IMG/VR virus record: IMGVR_UViG_3300020154_000003
Coordinates: 302,039 to 366,038 of that record
Length of the DNA: 64,000 nucleotides
Direction: 5' to 3' (one strand)
The notes under the pieces were generated by a model that saw only the letters and a list, made by a program, of their open reading frames with translations, was not told the origin of the DNA and ran no database searches. The position numbers and the translations under genes were made by a program. Positions 18,479 through 27,155 of this stretch are shown in pieces (positions within the stretch are counted from its first letter, which is position 1; each line of letters begins with the position of its first letter).

Positions 18479-19882
18479 TTATGATGGTACTGTAACGTTT
18501 ACAATTGACTTATAAAATTGCGCACGAGTTTCAGTAACATTTTTAAGGTTATATTTAACTTTAAAATCTTCATATAATTGATTCCCCAAGTCTTCTCTCA
18601 AATTAGGTTCAGTTGCTAGAAGCTTGATAGCTTTAGCCCAATCTCTATCGATTTTTCTATTGTATAAACTATTTTTAGTATATGGAATCAATATACAGTT
18701 CTTCATATGTACACCATCCACGTTATATGGGGGTATATCACTACAAATAATTGGAATTTTGCGTGTCCAGACTTCAACCTGCTTCAAATTTGATTTCATT
18801 CTGTTAAACATATTGTCAGCCAAAGGAGCGAGAGCAACATCCGTTTCATTCAATACTTGAGCGTAAGTATTTGCTTTCTGTGTCCATCTTCGAACATAAT
18901 TTACATTAGACTCATCATAATAATTATCTCTTTCAAATTTTTCCAACCATTTTATATAGTCTTCATTTCTAATCAACTTATGTTCGTCAGTAAAAATTTT
19001 TTCATAGTCCAAATAAACAGATTCTACTGAATGGATAGCCCTACGACTAACATCAAATACTTTTCCTCTGAAACGATCTTTAATGTCTGAGGGAAGTCCT
19101 TTAATCAAATCAACGTTACCATCGCATTTTTTTATTGACTTATACATTTCTTTGGTTAGAAGTCTTCTTTTTTGAAGTACATCAGCAAACTCAGGGTTAA
19201 ACTTAATGTCTGTAGTTACACCTTCGGTGTCCCATCCAGCGACAATGTATTTAACCTTATTCTTTAGTTTAACATCATTGTCAACAAGCTTAGTAACCCC
19301 AATCAATTGTTGAACGTCATTCTTGTGAGAAGAACCAGCCATGTATGTGTATCTAACATACTTTTCATCAGTGATTCTATTATCTTGAAATTGCTTCATC
19401 CATTCAGGATTAACTGAGTTAGGTAGAACAATCACATTATCCTTACGAGTAATTTTTCTAATTTCAGTGGCAAACAATTCAGTCGTAGTGGTAACATAAT
19501 CTGCCAACTTAAGATTGTCAATTATGTCGAGATGCATCTTATTTTTAAATGCAGTAGGATACATTGGGTGAGTCTTGTCGAGCAACCAATAGTCATCAAT
19601 ATCCATGATGAGAATTGTACCGTTCGCTCTAAGTTCCTGAACAAGCTTAATCATACCATTGACTGAAGGTACAATCGTTCTGTGGAAGTGAATTATTTGA
19701 AATGTCTTAAGGTAAGCTAATGCACCTTCAAAATCATTCAAATTAATGTCAGAGTTTATTTCAATTTGAAAGTCAGATGAGTGATCTCTTTCAAGCTGCA
19801 TCGCAGGGGTCAATGTTCTGTAATAATTTACACCCGCAACATCTTTGTTATAGAATAGAATTTTAATTTTCTCGCTCTCCAT
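18479..19882 (-). CDS. GT-B (GT4-like) glycosyltransferase
   Basis: GVNYYR, MDIDDYW, DYVTTTT, DVALAPL..N.FN.MKSNLK.VE...IPIICSDIPPY. Confidence 0.8.
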   Translation of the reverse strand: MESEKIKILFYNKDVAGVNYYRTLTPAMQLERDHSSDFQIEINSDINLNDFEGALAYLKTFQIIHFHRTIVPSVNGMIKLVQELRANGTILIMDIDDYWLLDKTHPMYPTAFKNKMHLDIIDNLKLADYVTTTTELFATEIRKITRKDNVIVLPNSVNPEWMKQFQDNRITDEKYVRYTYMAGSSHKNDVQQLIGVTKLVDNDVKLKNKVKYIVAGWDTEGVTTDIKFNPEFADVLQKRRLLTKEMYKSIKKCDGNVDLIKGLPSDIKDRFRGKVFDVSRRAIHSVESVYLDYEKIFTDEHKLIRNEDYIKWLEKFERDNYYDESNVNYVRRWTQKANTYAQVLNETDVALAPLADNMFNRMKSNLKQVEVWTRKIPIICSDIPPYNVDGVHMKNCILIPYTKNSLYNRKIDRDWAKAIKLLATEPNLREDLGNQLYEDFKVKYNLKNVTETRAQFYKSIVNVTVPS

Positions 19883-19974
19883 ATTTATAATAATTTATAG
19901 TTTATTATAAATACTGGAGTTTTTCGGAAAATTTATTGTTTTTTAGTAAAAACTGTAAAAAACTGTAATTTTTT

Positions 19975-20328
19975 TTATTTTTCTTTTCTGTACTTATTTT
20001 TCTTATCTGAATAAGACTGATAAGACGATTCTTCGACCTTTTTTGTTTCTTTTTTAGGAGTTGCTGGCTTTACTAATGCAGATTTAGCCTTATCATGCGC
20101 AGCACAGATTTTGATAAAGGTATTTTTGTCGATTTCAATAACACTCACAGTACCTTCGGCTCTAAGTTTATGAAGACTGATAGGTAAAAAATTGCATTCT
20201 AATGCACATTCGCCATTAGGTTCAAGAGTTACTTTTGAAGTTTTAATCTCAAATGATTGAGCGGTATTAAGTTTAGCGTGTCTTTTAGGTAAAAGATTAG
20301 TTATGTTCTTTATTTTGTAGTATCCCAT
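19975..20328 (-). CDS. Hypothetical protein
   Basis: 117-aa ORF with Lys-rich tail. Confidence 0.6.
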   Translation of the reverse strand: MGYYKIKNITNLLPKRHAKLNTAQSFEIKTSKVTLEPNGECALECNFLPISLHKLRAEGTVSVIEIDKNTFIKICAAHDKAKSALVKPATPKKETKKVEESSYQSYSDKKNKYRKEK

Positions 20329-20333
20329 AGTAT

Positions 20334-21140
20334 TTATTTGTCATCAATTGATTGAAGTAATTTTTCTCCGTAAAGTATTCCATCAATACCTTTTGTTCTT
20401 GCTTTCTCAGCCACCAAGGTGTTAATTAAGTCAGTTTCACTCATTCCAAAATCTTTAGTTTTGGCTTTAAAATCTAAAGTAGGAAACCAAAGTTCAGCCA
20501 AAGCCTTCATCGGATTTTCGTTATTGCCAATGCTCTTATCAATGGTATCAGTTTTCAATACTGACTTAAATTCAATTTCGTATGGTTTGTATCCGGGTAA
20601 CGGCTTTATCACAAAGAAATTACCTGATATATTCTTTTTCAAAGGAGCCTTACGGTATGCTTTAAGAACTTCTTTCTTAGTTTTTACTGGCTTATCGGGT
20701 ATATACATTGATTCATCTTCTTCAGATAAAACTCTCAACATATCACTCTGATCGTGCTTTAATTTAAATTCCTTAAAAGCATTTTGGATGGTATTCAATA
20801 TTTCCATTGCTGTTTTCTTATCACACTTCAATCTAATTGAAGGGACTGCAGCATCAGGTCTTACCAATAGATATGCTGCCAATCTGGAATGACCATCCAG
20901 TACATCATTATCTTTAGCCACCCATATAGGTGATAACTCTTCGCCCTTATTCAGTTTATCAACAAAGTAACTTACTGAATCATTATCAATAAAAGGTTGG
21001 GTTGGATTTAAGTCATTGACATTAATTCCAGCCACTTCATACGGGTGCTGAGTGTTATTCAACTCGCTAGTAACAAATTTAAAGGGAGCACTTACTTGAG
21101 GACTATCCTTAGGTTTGTATATATTGGTTTGAATTTCCAT
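20334..21140 (-). CDS. ParB/Srx-like N-terminal domain protein
   Basis: LSPIWV...VLDGHSRLAAY matches the ParB/Srx DGHxR motif. Confidence 0.65.
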   Translation of the reverse strand: MEIQTNIYKPKDSPQVSAPFKFVTSELNNTQHPYEVAGINVNDLNPTQPFIDNDSVSYFVDKLNKGEELSPIWVAKDNDVLDGHSRLAAYLLVRPDAAVPSIRLKCDKKTAMEILNTIQNAFKEFKLKHDQSDMLRVLSEEDESMYIPDKPVKTKKEVLKAYRKAPLKKNISGNFFVIKPLPGYKPYEIEFKSVLKTDTIDKSIGNNENPMKALAELWFPTLDFKAKTKDFGMSETDLINTLVAEKARTKGIDGILYGEKLLQSIDDK

Positions 21141-21175
21141 CGTACCAATAAATACTGGATATTTTATAAATTTAG

Positions 21176-24100
21176 TTATTGAGGCTCCTGAGGAACTATT
21201 TGTCTCAATAAAATTTCCTTATTGTTTCTTTGCTTACCAGAATAAATATCGAAAAGAAGTTTCTTCAGAATTTCACCGATCTGCTGACCACTATAACCCA
21301 AGGCCAATAAATCATTTCCATTAACTTGCAGTTCTCGCAACGAGAACGGCATACCCATAGACCTCATCTCCTTGATACTGTCTTTTATCTTATCAGGAAT
21401 TATTTGGGAGTTGATCGCATCGGGATAAATCTTATACATGTTGAAGACGGTGATTTTGTTTTTAACTGCACTATCCGAATCGTCTTTAAATGCAAGTTCC
21501 AATGCTCTCATCTCATTGTATGTTGTAAGGTCACCTTTCAAGCTGTTCTTATAAAACTCAGCAGGGTTAGGTATGCCGTACTTTGTCAATTGGTAAATAA
21601 ATTCACCCATAGTTTTAACGTTGTTGAATTCAGCAACGTTGATCTCAGTGTCAACACTAAATATCTGTTCATACAAACCAGTTTCTTTCAATAATTGAGC
21701 ACCAACTGTTGGCTTACCTTTCTTCACAATCTTATCGAATTCAATCAATATTCTCTCAGGAGAAATTTCTCTTATTTTAAAGGCATTTTGTTGGATTGCC
21801 TTTAATGTTTGAGGTTCTATTTTGAAATCAAATCTGGATGCAAATTGAACAGCACGTAGCATTCTCAAAGGGTCTTCCGAAAAGGCTTTCGGATTAACCA
21901 TTCTGATGAGTTTATCTTTTATGTCCTGACTTCCACCGTATGGGTCAATCATTTGTCCATGAGAATCCTTAGCGATTGCATTTATGGTGAAATCCCTTCG
22001 TTCTAAGTCTTTTTCAATGGGTAACGTGTGATCTGACGTAACTTCAAATCCCTGATACCCACCCTGACCCGTGGCCCTTTCGGTTCTTGGTACTGCAATA
22101 TCCAACTCCCCTGTTTGAGGGGTCGTAAATTTGATGATTCCAAACGATTTACCGACATTATCCACGCGACCGTACTTGGCTAAGATTTTCTCAATATCTT
22201 CCAATGGAACGCCTGTAATGAGCAAATCCAAGTCTTTAGATGGTTTGTTCAACATCCCATCACGAACAGCACCACCCACGGAGTAGATTTTACCGCCTGC
22301 GAGTTCAATATCGTTTTTGAAGGGTAGCATGTCTAAATTTGCAATATTTTCGTTGATTTTGCCCTTTTTTGGCTTTAAAACGGTTTTTTTCTTGTCTTTC
22401 GTTGAAAAAACTAGCTTTTCAGACTGCAATTTAATGTTTTTCTTGAACTTCTTACCATATTTCTTACCAGTACCCTTTTTAACATAAGAAATAGTCATGT
22501 GAGGATGATAATCCTTAAATCTATTGGTGTAAGGGAGTTCTTTTAACGCCTTATTTAAGTTTTTCAAGGTTTGAGTAGGGACAACATCAAATTTAACTAC
22601 GTCAAAGTCAGGAGTTTCGAAGTGAGACACCTCTTTTAACTCTATTTCGATGGGTTTTGAGATGTCGATGATGCTTTCCACAATAGCCCTTACCTGATTC
22701 GCGTCAACTCCATCATGGAAGCCATAAAGAATGGTTATATGCGGGTCTTTTTCAATACCAAAGGTTGGTTTGTCATAAATATCGTCTTTTTCGATCATGG
22801 ACGTAATTTCATCCCAATTCGAAACCTTTATTTCTAACATCAACACACCGAATTCTACCTTCTCCTTTCTTTCGGCTTCGGCAAGCATTTCCTTAATTAA
22901 GGGTTCTGCCATGTCCTGTACCTCACCGTCTTGATCCATAAACTCGTCCCAATATCCGCTCATGTCTTGTATTTCAACCATCTCAGGCTGAAATTTAACA
23001 TCAGGTATTTTCTTCCACGTATATCCACCACCAGTTTCATAGTTATATGGCGAAATATCAACATGCATCAATATTCTGTTAGCTGTATCATAAACATATA
23101 TCGAAGTGTGACATTCGTATTCACTGTATCTTGTAAAACACCCATAATCACTATTACTAGTGACTACATCACACATTTTATCTGCAATATCATCGCATAT
23201 ACCACCAGAACCATACATTTCATCATATCCTTCATGATCTTGTTCCCATTCATTATATACTTCCTGAGCAACTGTAGCAAATTGTGTCTTCAAGGATTCC
23301 AATTTAGACTTCAATGCTAAAACAGGAGAATTTTCATTCAGAGATTCATACATCTCATCTGTATCGTCAACTATTTTAATTGATGATGGTTCGAATACAA
23401 TATAGTTGGTTGCATCAGGATTGGTTTTATCACTCATCATATTCCCCACGTATCCAGCTTTACTTAGAAACATTGATGCTGCTTTATTACTACCTAGCAC
23501 GGCAGCTAACCATTCATATACTTGTTTATTTGTGATGTCATAACGATATGATTCATCGTAAAAGTCACTTTGAAACTGTTCAATATCAATATCACTCAAA
23601 CCTAAATTTCTGCCGCGACCAAGTATGTATGAAGCTAAATGATCATCGATGGTTTCATCAAAATTCAAATACCTTCCGTCTCTCAATTGAACGTTCAATA
23701 TCTTATCACCATAGATGGATGCCACTTGAGGGTCATTAGTGAAGTAAAAACCCCATCCTCCCAATTCTCTACCGTCTGATGAACCTATTTTTTTTAATGA
23801 GAAAGCATTAAATTTACTTTTACTGGAAGTACCGTGGTAAGCATCGATTTCACTTACTCTACTTAATTCTTCCTTAATTGTTTGTGTTACTATCGCATTG
23901 ATGTCGCCTTGGTTGCAGGGAGTACTGGTGCCATCACCATTACCGTTTATTTGACACTTCTTCTTGATACCAACAGCTTTCGCATCAGGCATGTACGTCA
24001 TTACTCTTTCAAGAATAGCATTTTCAAGCTTGAGCAATTCAACCTGATCCATCTCTTTATGTGCTGAATATCCAAGATCATAATATGCAAGTACACCCTT

Positions 24101-25393
24101 TCTAAAACCAAAATTCTCTTCAGTAAAATCCGCGCTTCTCACACCATGATCCATGAGTTCTTTAATAACCGCAAGCATTAGTCCAACATTGCGTTTCAAT
24201 TGAGGATTTTGAATCGTTGCCGATTTCTTAACTATTTCATTAAATGCAGGTCTGTCAGATTTTTTTATCATATCTGCAATTTGACTCCATCCAGCAGGTG
24301 ATAAATCCATAAAACCCATGAAGTCAGCGATTATGTCAATTACTCTTTCAGGATCAACGTCAAGTTTTTCACGAAGAATTATATAAATTTTGTCGTTCGG
24401 TTCGTTTAATCTATATGACCCATAAAAACGTCCAATATGTTTTGTGTTCTTACCAACCAATCTTGATGCTTCAATTGCTTCACCTCTATCTGAGGTAATC
24501 TTCAAGATTTTATTACCTCCAATATCAAACGCATAACCTTGAGTTCCCTTACCTAAATTAGCAACAATGCTATGACCTAATTTATTTGCTACTTTAGTGG
24601 CGAAATCATTGATATTAGAATTCTGCCTCATGAGATGTCTTTCTATATCTTCTACCGCCTCATCAACAACTACATTCTCCAATGCCAGTACATCCGCATT
24701 AGGTTTGTCCTTATCACCAGTCATCCCATAATCAAAAAATCCTATCTGACCATTCTTCTTATATCCTAAATTATTGGCACTCAAATCCAAACTTTTCATG
24801 TTATTGGATTTAAGTTCTTTCACAATATTTAAAAGTGAATTGTAGAAATGTTTTTCATTGGGATAATCATTAAGTAAATGCTCAATGTCTGCAGCAAAAT
24901 GTTCATACATTTGAGGTTTACTGGTAGCCATGTCGATAAAGGCTACAGCAAAAAATTTATGGCCAAATCTACTTTGCAATAAATCATCTAAATTTTCAAA
25001 AAGTGTATCAAATTTGGTGGGATCAACCGTTAGTTTTTCACAGATAATGAGGAATACTTTTTTGTTAACACCCCTTTTGTCGATTTCGTAAACTTGATAT
25101 ACATCTGCTAGAAGTTTGTTCCGTTTGCCTTTGATTTTTAAAGCTTCAATAGCTTCAGAGGGATCAATAGTCAATTTATAAACCTTGTCACCAGAAATGT
25201 ATGCGATACCATTGTATCCTTCGCCAGCATAAGTTGGGAGTTTTAAGATTCCTAATTTACCTACCACATCCTTTAATATTTCATCAGCTACTTTTCTATC
25301 CAAAATAGTTTCATTGATAATATTGGAAGCAATGAAGTCTTCAGCAATTACTCGTATAAATTCTCTTCTAATAATTTCTGGCTGTTTACTCAT
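21176..25393 (-). CDS. Polyvalent protein: kinase-like x2, ADP-ribosyltransferase-like, unknown domain, 2H phosphoesterase (Acb1/gp57B-like), CCA-adding nucleotidyltransferase
   Basis: Kinase 1 GEGYNG/VYK/DLSANN/FDYG; kinase 2 GKGTQG/LKI/DFTEEN/YDLG; AYHGT..GFYFT; HITI and HMTI; VGGAVRD..DLD, RRDFTINA, DPLRMLRA. Confidence 0.85.
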   Translation of the reverse strand: MSKQPEIIRREFIRVIAEDFIASNIINETILDRKVADEILKDVVGKLGILKLPTYAGEGYNGIAYISGDKVYKLTIDPSEAIEALKIKGKRNKLLADVYQVYEIDKRGVNKKVFLIICEKLTVDPTKFDTLFENLDDLLQSRFGHKFFAVAFIDMATSKPQMYEHFAADIEHLLNDYPNEKHFYNSLLNIVKELKSNNMKSLDLSANNLGYKKNGQIGFFDYGMTGDKDKPNADVLALENVVVDEAVEDIERHLMRQNSNINDFATKVANKLGHSIVANLGKGTQGYAFDIGGNKILKITSDRGEAIEASRLVGKNTKHIGRFYGSYRLNEPNDKIYIILREKLDVDPERVIDIIADFMGFMDLSPAGWSQIADMIKKSDRPAFNEIVKKSATIQNPQLKRNVGLMLAVIKELMDHGVRSADFTEENFGFRKGVLAYYDLGYSAHKEMDQVELLKLENAILERVMTYMPDAKAVGIKKKCQINGNGDGTSTPCNQGDINAIVTQTIKEELSRVSEIDAYHGTSSKSKFNAFSLKKIGSSDGRELGGWGFYFTNDPQVASIYGDKILNVQLRDGRYLNFDETIDDHLASYILGRGRNLGLSDIDIEQFQSDFYDESYRYDITNKQVYEWLAAVLGSNKAASMFLSKAGYVGNMMSDKTNPDATNYIVFEPSSIKIVDDTDEMYESLNENSPVLALKSKLESLKTQFATVAQEVYNEWEQDHEGYDEMYGSGGICDDIADKMCDVVTSNSDYGCFTRYSEYECHTSIYVYDTANRILMHVDISPYNYETGGGYTWKKIPDVKFQPEMVEIQDMSGYWDEFMDQDGEVQDMAEPLIKEMLAEAERKEKVEFGVLMLEIKVSNWDEITSMIEKDDIYDKPTFGIEKDPHITILYGFHDGVDANQVRAIVESIIDISKPIEIELKEVSHFETPDFDVVKFDVVPTQTLKNLNKALKELPYTNRFKDYHPHMTISYVKKGTGKKYGKKFKKNIKLQSEKLVFSTKDKKKTVLKPKKGKINENIANLDMLPFKNDIELAGGKIYSVGGAVRDGMLNKPSKDLDLLITGVPLEDIEKILAKYGRVDNVGKSFGIIKFTTPQTGELDIAVPRTERATGQGGYQGFEVTSDHTLPIEKDLERRDFTINAIAKDSHGQMIDPYGGSQDIKDKLIRMVNPKAFSEDPLRMLRAVQFASRFDFKIEPQTLKAIQQNAFKIREISPERILIEFDKIVKKGKPTVGAQLLKETGLYEQIFSVDTEINVAEFNNVKTMGEFIYQLTKYGIPNPAEFYKNSLKGDLTTYNEMRALELAFKDDSDSAVKNKITVFNMYKIYPDAINSQIIPDKIKDSIKEMRSMGMPFSLRELQVNGNDLLALGYSGQQIGEILKKLLFDIYSGKQRNNKEILLRQIVPQEPQ

Positions 25394-25400
25394 AAATGTA

Positions 25401-25426
25401 GAAAACCCACGATTTTGTGGGCTTTC
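25401..25426 (-). terminator. Hairpin plus T-run just upstream of the polyprotein ATG
   Basis: CCCAC/GTGGG stem with AAA/TTT extension. Confidence 0.5.
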
Positions 25427-25452
25427 ATATAATAAATACTTTAAAAAGTCGA

Positions 25453-26184
25453 TTATTTCAGGTTTTGTTTCCTCTTTTGAATGTCAAGAATCGTTTCAAC
25501 CACAACTTTCTTAAATTTACCTGAGTCGATAAATTCGTTAATAACATTTTCGATTTTCTCTCTAGTATACATCTCAGTGATAACGTTTCTGAAGGTTTCT
25601 TCAACCAATTTATCAAAGGTGTTACCACCCAAAACATCAATCATAGTCTTACGAATCTGCTCATTCAATAAAGCGGGGTTAACTGCACCATAATGCTGCA
25701 CTTCATTCAAAGGCTGTTGTGGAGCACCAGCACCAACATACTGGCTTGTAGAATACTCGGCTAATTGTTGTGACAATCCAGCATTCGGATTGCTTGTAGG
25801 CTTTTTAGTGATTAATTCCTTGGCTCTAGCCATTTGTTCCTCAAAAAAAGTATCTCTCTTATCAACCATTTGACTTTGTTGTACTGGTTGAGTATACTCA
25901 TTTACTGCTTGTCTACTTGCAGACTGTGTTGGAGGATTATAGTGTGATTTAGCAACAGCTACTGGCACTCCGTGATTGGCTTCAGTACTTTCTGATACTG
26001 CTCTGATTGCCTGAACCGCAGGAGTAGGAACACCACTGTTTACTGAATTAAGTAATTCAACTATGAATCTCTTGCTATCACTTTTACGAATCCCACTACC
26101 AGTACCAAGAGTTTCTTCCTTGATTATTGATTGATTTCTTCTTTCTTCAATCTCTTTCTTAATATTATCTAAATTAAAATTCAT
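25453..26184 (-). CDS. Hypothetical protein, possible internal head protein
   Basis: 243 aa, Q/P-rich linker, several IxE/LNE motifs. Confidence 0.6.
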   Translation of the reverse strand: MNFNLDNIKKEIEERRNQSIIKEETLGTGSGIRKSDSKRFIVELLNSVNSGVPTPAVQAIRAVSESTEANHGVPVAVAKSHYNPPTQSASRQAVNEYTQPVQQSQMVDKRDTFFEEQMARAKELITKKPTSNPNAGLSQQLAEYSTSQYVGAGAPQQPLNEVQHYGAVNPALLNEQIRKTMIDVLGGNTFDKLVEETFRNVITEMYTREKIENVINEFIDSGKFKKVVVETILDIQKRKQNLK

Positions 26185-26848
26185 TTTGATTATCTTGTTT
26201 TTTTATGGTATTATCAAACTCACGTTTCTTTTGATCAAACCAGCTTTTTGAAGCATTATCATTGTCCACACCCTTGTTTCTATTGAAGAATGAAGATTTT
26301 TTAAATCTATCCAACTGTGTCTGAAACCAATTTTTATCGTTAGTCATCCCTTGATAAGTGTCAGGCTGGTTTATTGATTTATCACCTGAAACTTGCTGTG
26401 GTTCTTCACTGCTTGGCTCTGCAGCCAATATTATTTGGGTCATTTGACTATCCTTCGGATTATAATTTGGCCTGTTTGTGCGCATATAATTCGCATCAGT
26501 CTCAAATTTTTTCAATGTTTTAGCCATTGAAGTAATCCCATCCAATCTGAATAATCTCCAGCCCGGAATCTCATCATTTGGCCTCTTTGGTGCGTTCCCT
26601 GTATCGGTAGCACCTGCTTGCTGCCATGCTCTTAAAACTAAATTCCCTGCTTTAGATACACCTAAAACATACGGTTCAATTGTACGATAACCTCTATTCA
26701 CGGTTTCATCGCCTGCATAGTAAATAAAGACAACATCTTTATTGTTGATTGCATTGGCGACAGTATTCCTATCGACCCATTCATTCAAACTTCTAAGTTT
26801 GTCGATTTGGGCCTTAAGATCGTCCTTTCCGAGAATAGGTTTATCCAT
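26174..26848 (-). CDS. Stand-alone WYL domain protein
   Basis: FIYY...YRTIEPYVLG...LRAWQ...WRLFRLDGI. Confidence 0.75.
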   Translation of the reverse strand: MDKPILGKDDLKAQIDKLRSLNEWVDRNTVANAINNKDVVFIYYAGDETVNRGYRTIEPYVLGVSKAGNLVLRAWQQAGATDTGNAPKRPNDEIPGWRLFRLDGITSMAKTLKKFETDANYMRTNRPNYNPKDSQMTQIILAAEPSSEEPQQVSGDKSINQPDTYQGMTNDKNWFQTQLDRFKKSSFFNRNKGVDNDNASKSWFDQKKREFDNTIKKQDNQNEF

Positions 26849-27108
26849 TATACTTTCGATCCGTCATAAGGATTATTCGAAGAATAAATGTTCTTTGCTT
26901 GTTGAGCATTTCTAGTAACGATGTCTGTACGACTACCAATACTACCATTTTTTTCTCCTTTACCTAACTCATCACCATCCGACAATGAATCAGGGTGTGT
27001 TCCTTCATAGGCATTATTTCTACCGTACTTGTTTTTAGCAAGTTCCTTTTGTCTAAATTGAACGCTGTACTCATCAAGAGGTACGTTCTTTCCATCGATA
27101 ATTGGCAT
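26848..27108 (-). CDS. Small protein with internal two-fold repeat
   Basis: RQKELAKNKYGRNNAY vs RNAQQAKNIYSSNNPY. Confidence 0.65.
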   Translation of the reverse strand: MPIIDGKNVPLDEYSVQFRQKELAKNKYGRNNAYEGTHPDSLSDGDELGKGEKNGSIGSRTDIVTRNAQQAKNIYSSNNPYDGSKV

Positions 27109-27155
27109 TTTGTTTCTGTTAACTAAATTATTAAGTTATTTATCAATAAATACTC

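Noticed and set aside
19941-19970. Short tandem repeat AAAAACTGT x2
   Set aside because: Two copies in an A/T-rich spacer, too little to support a function
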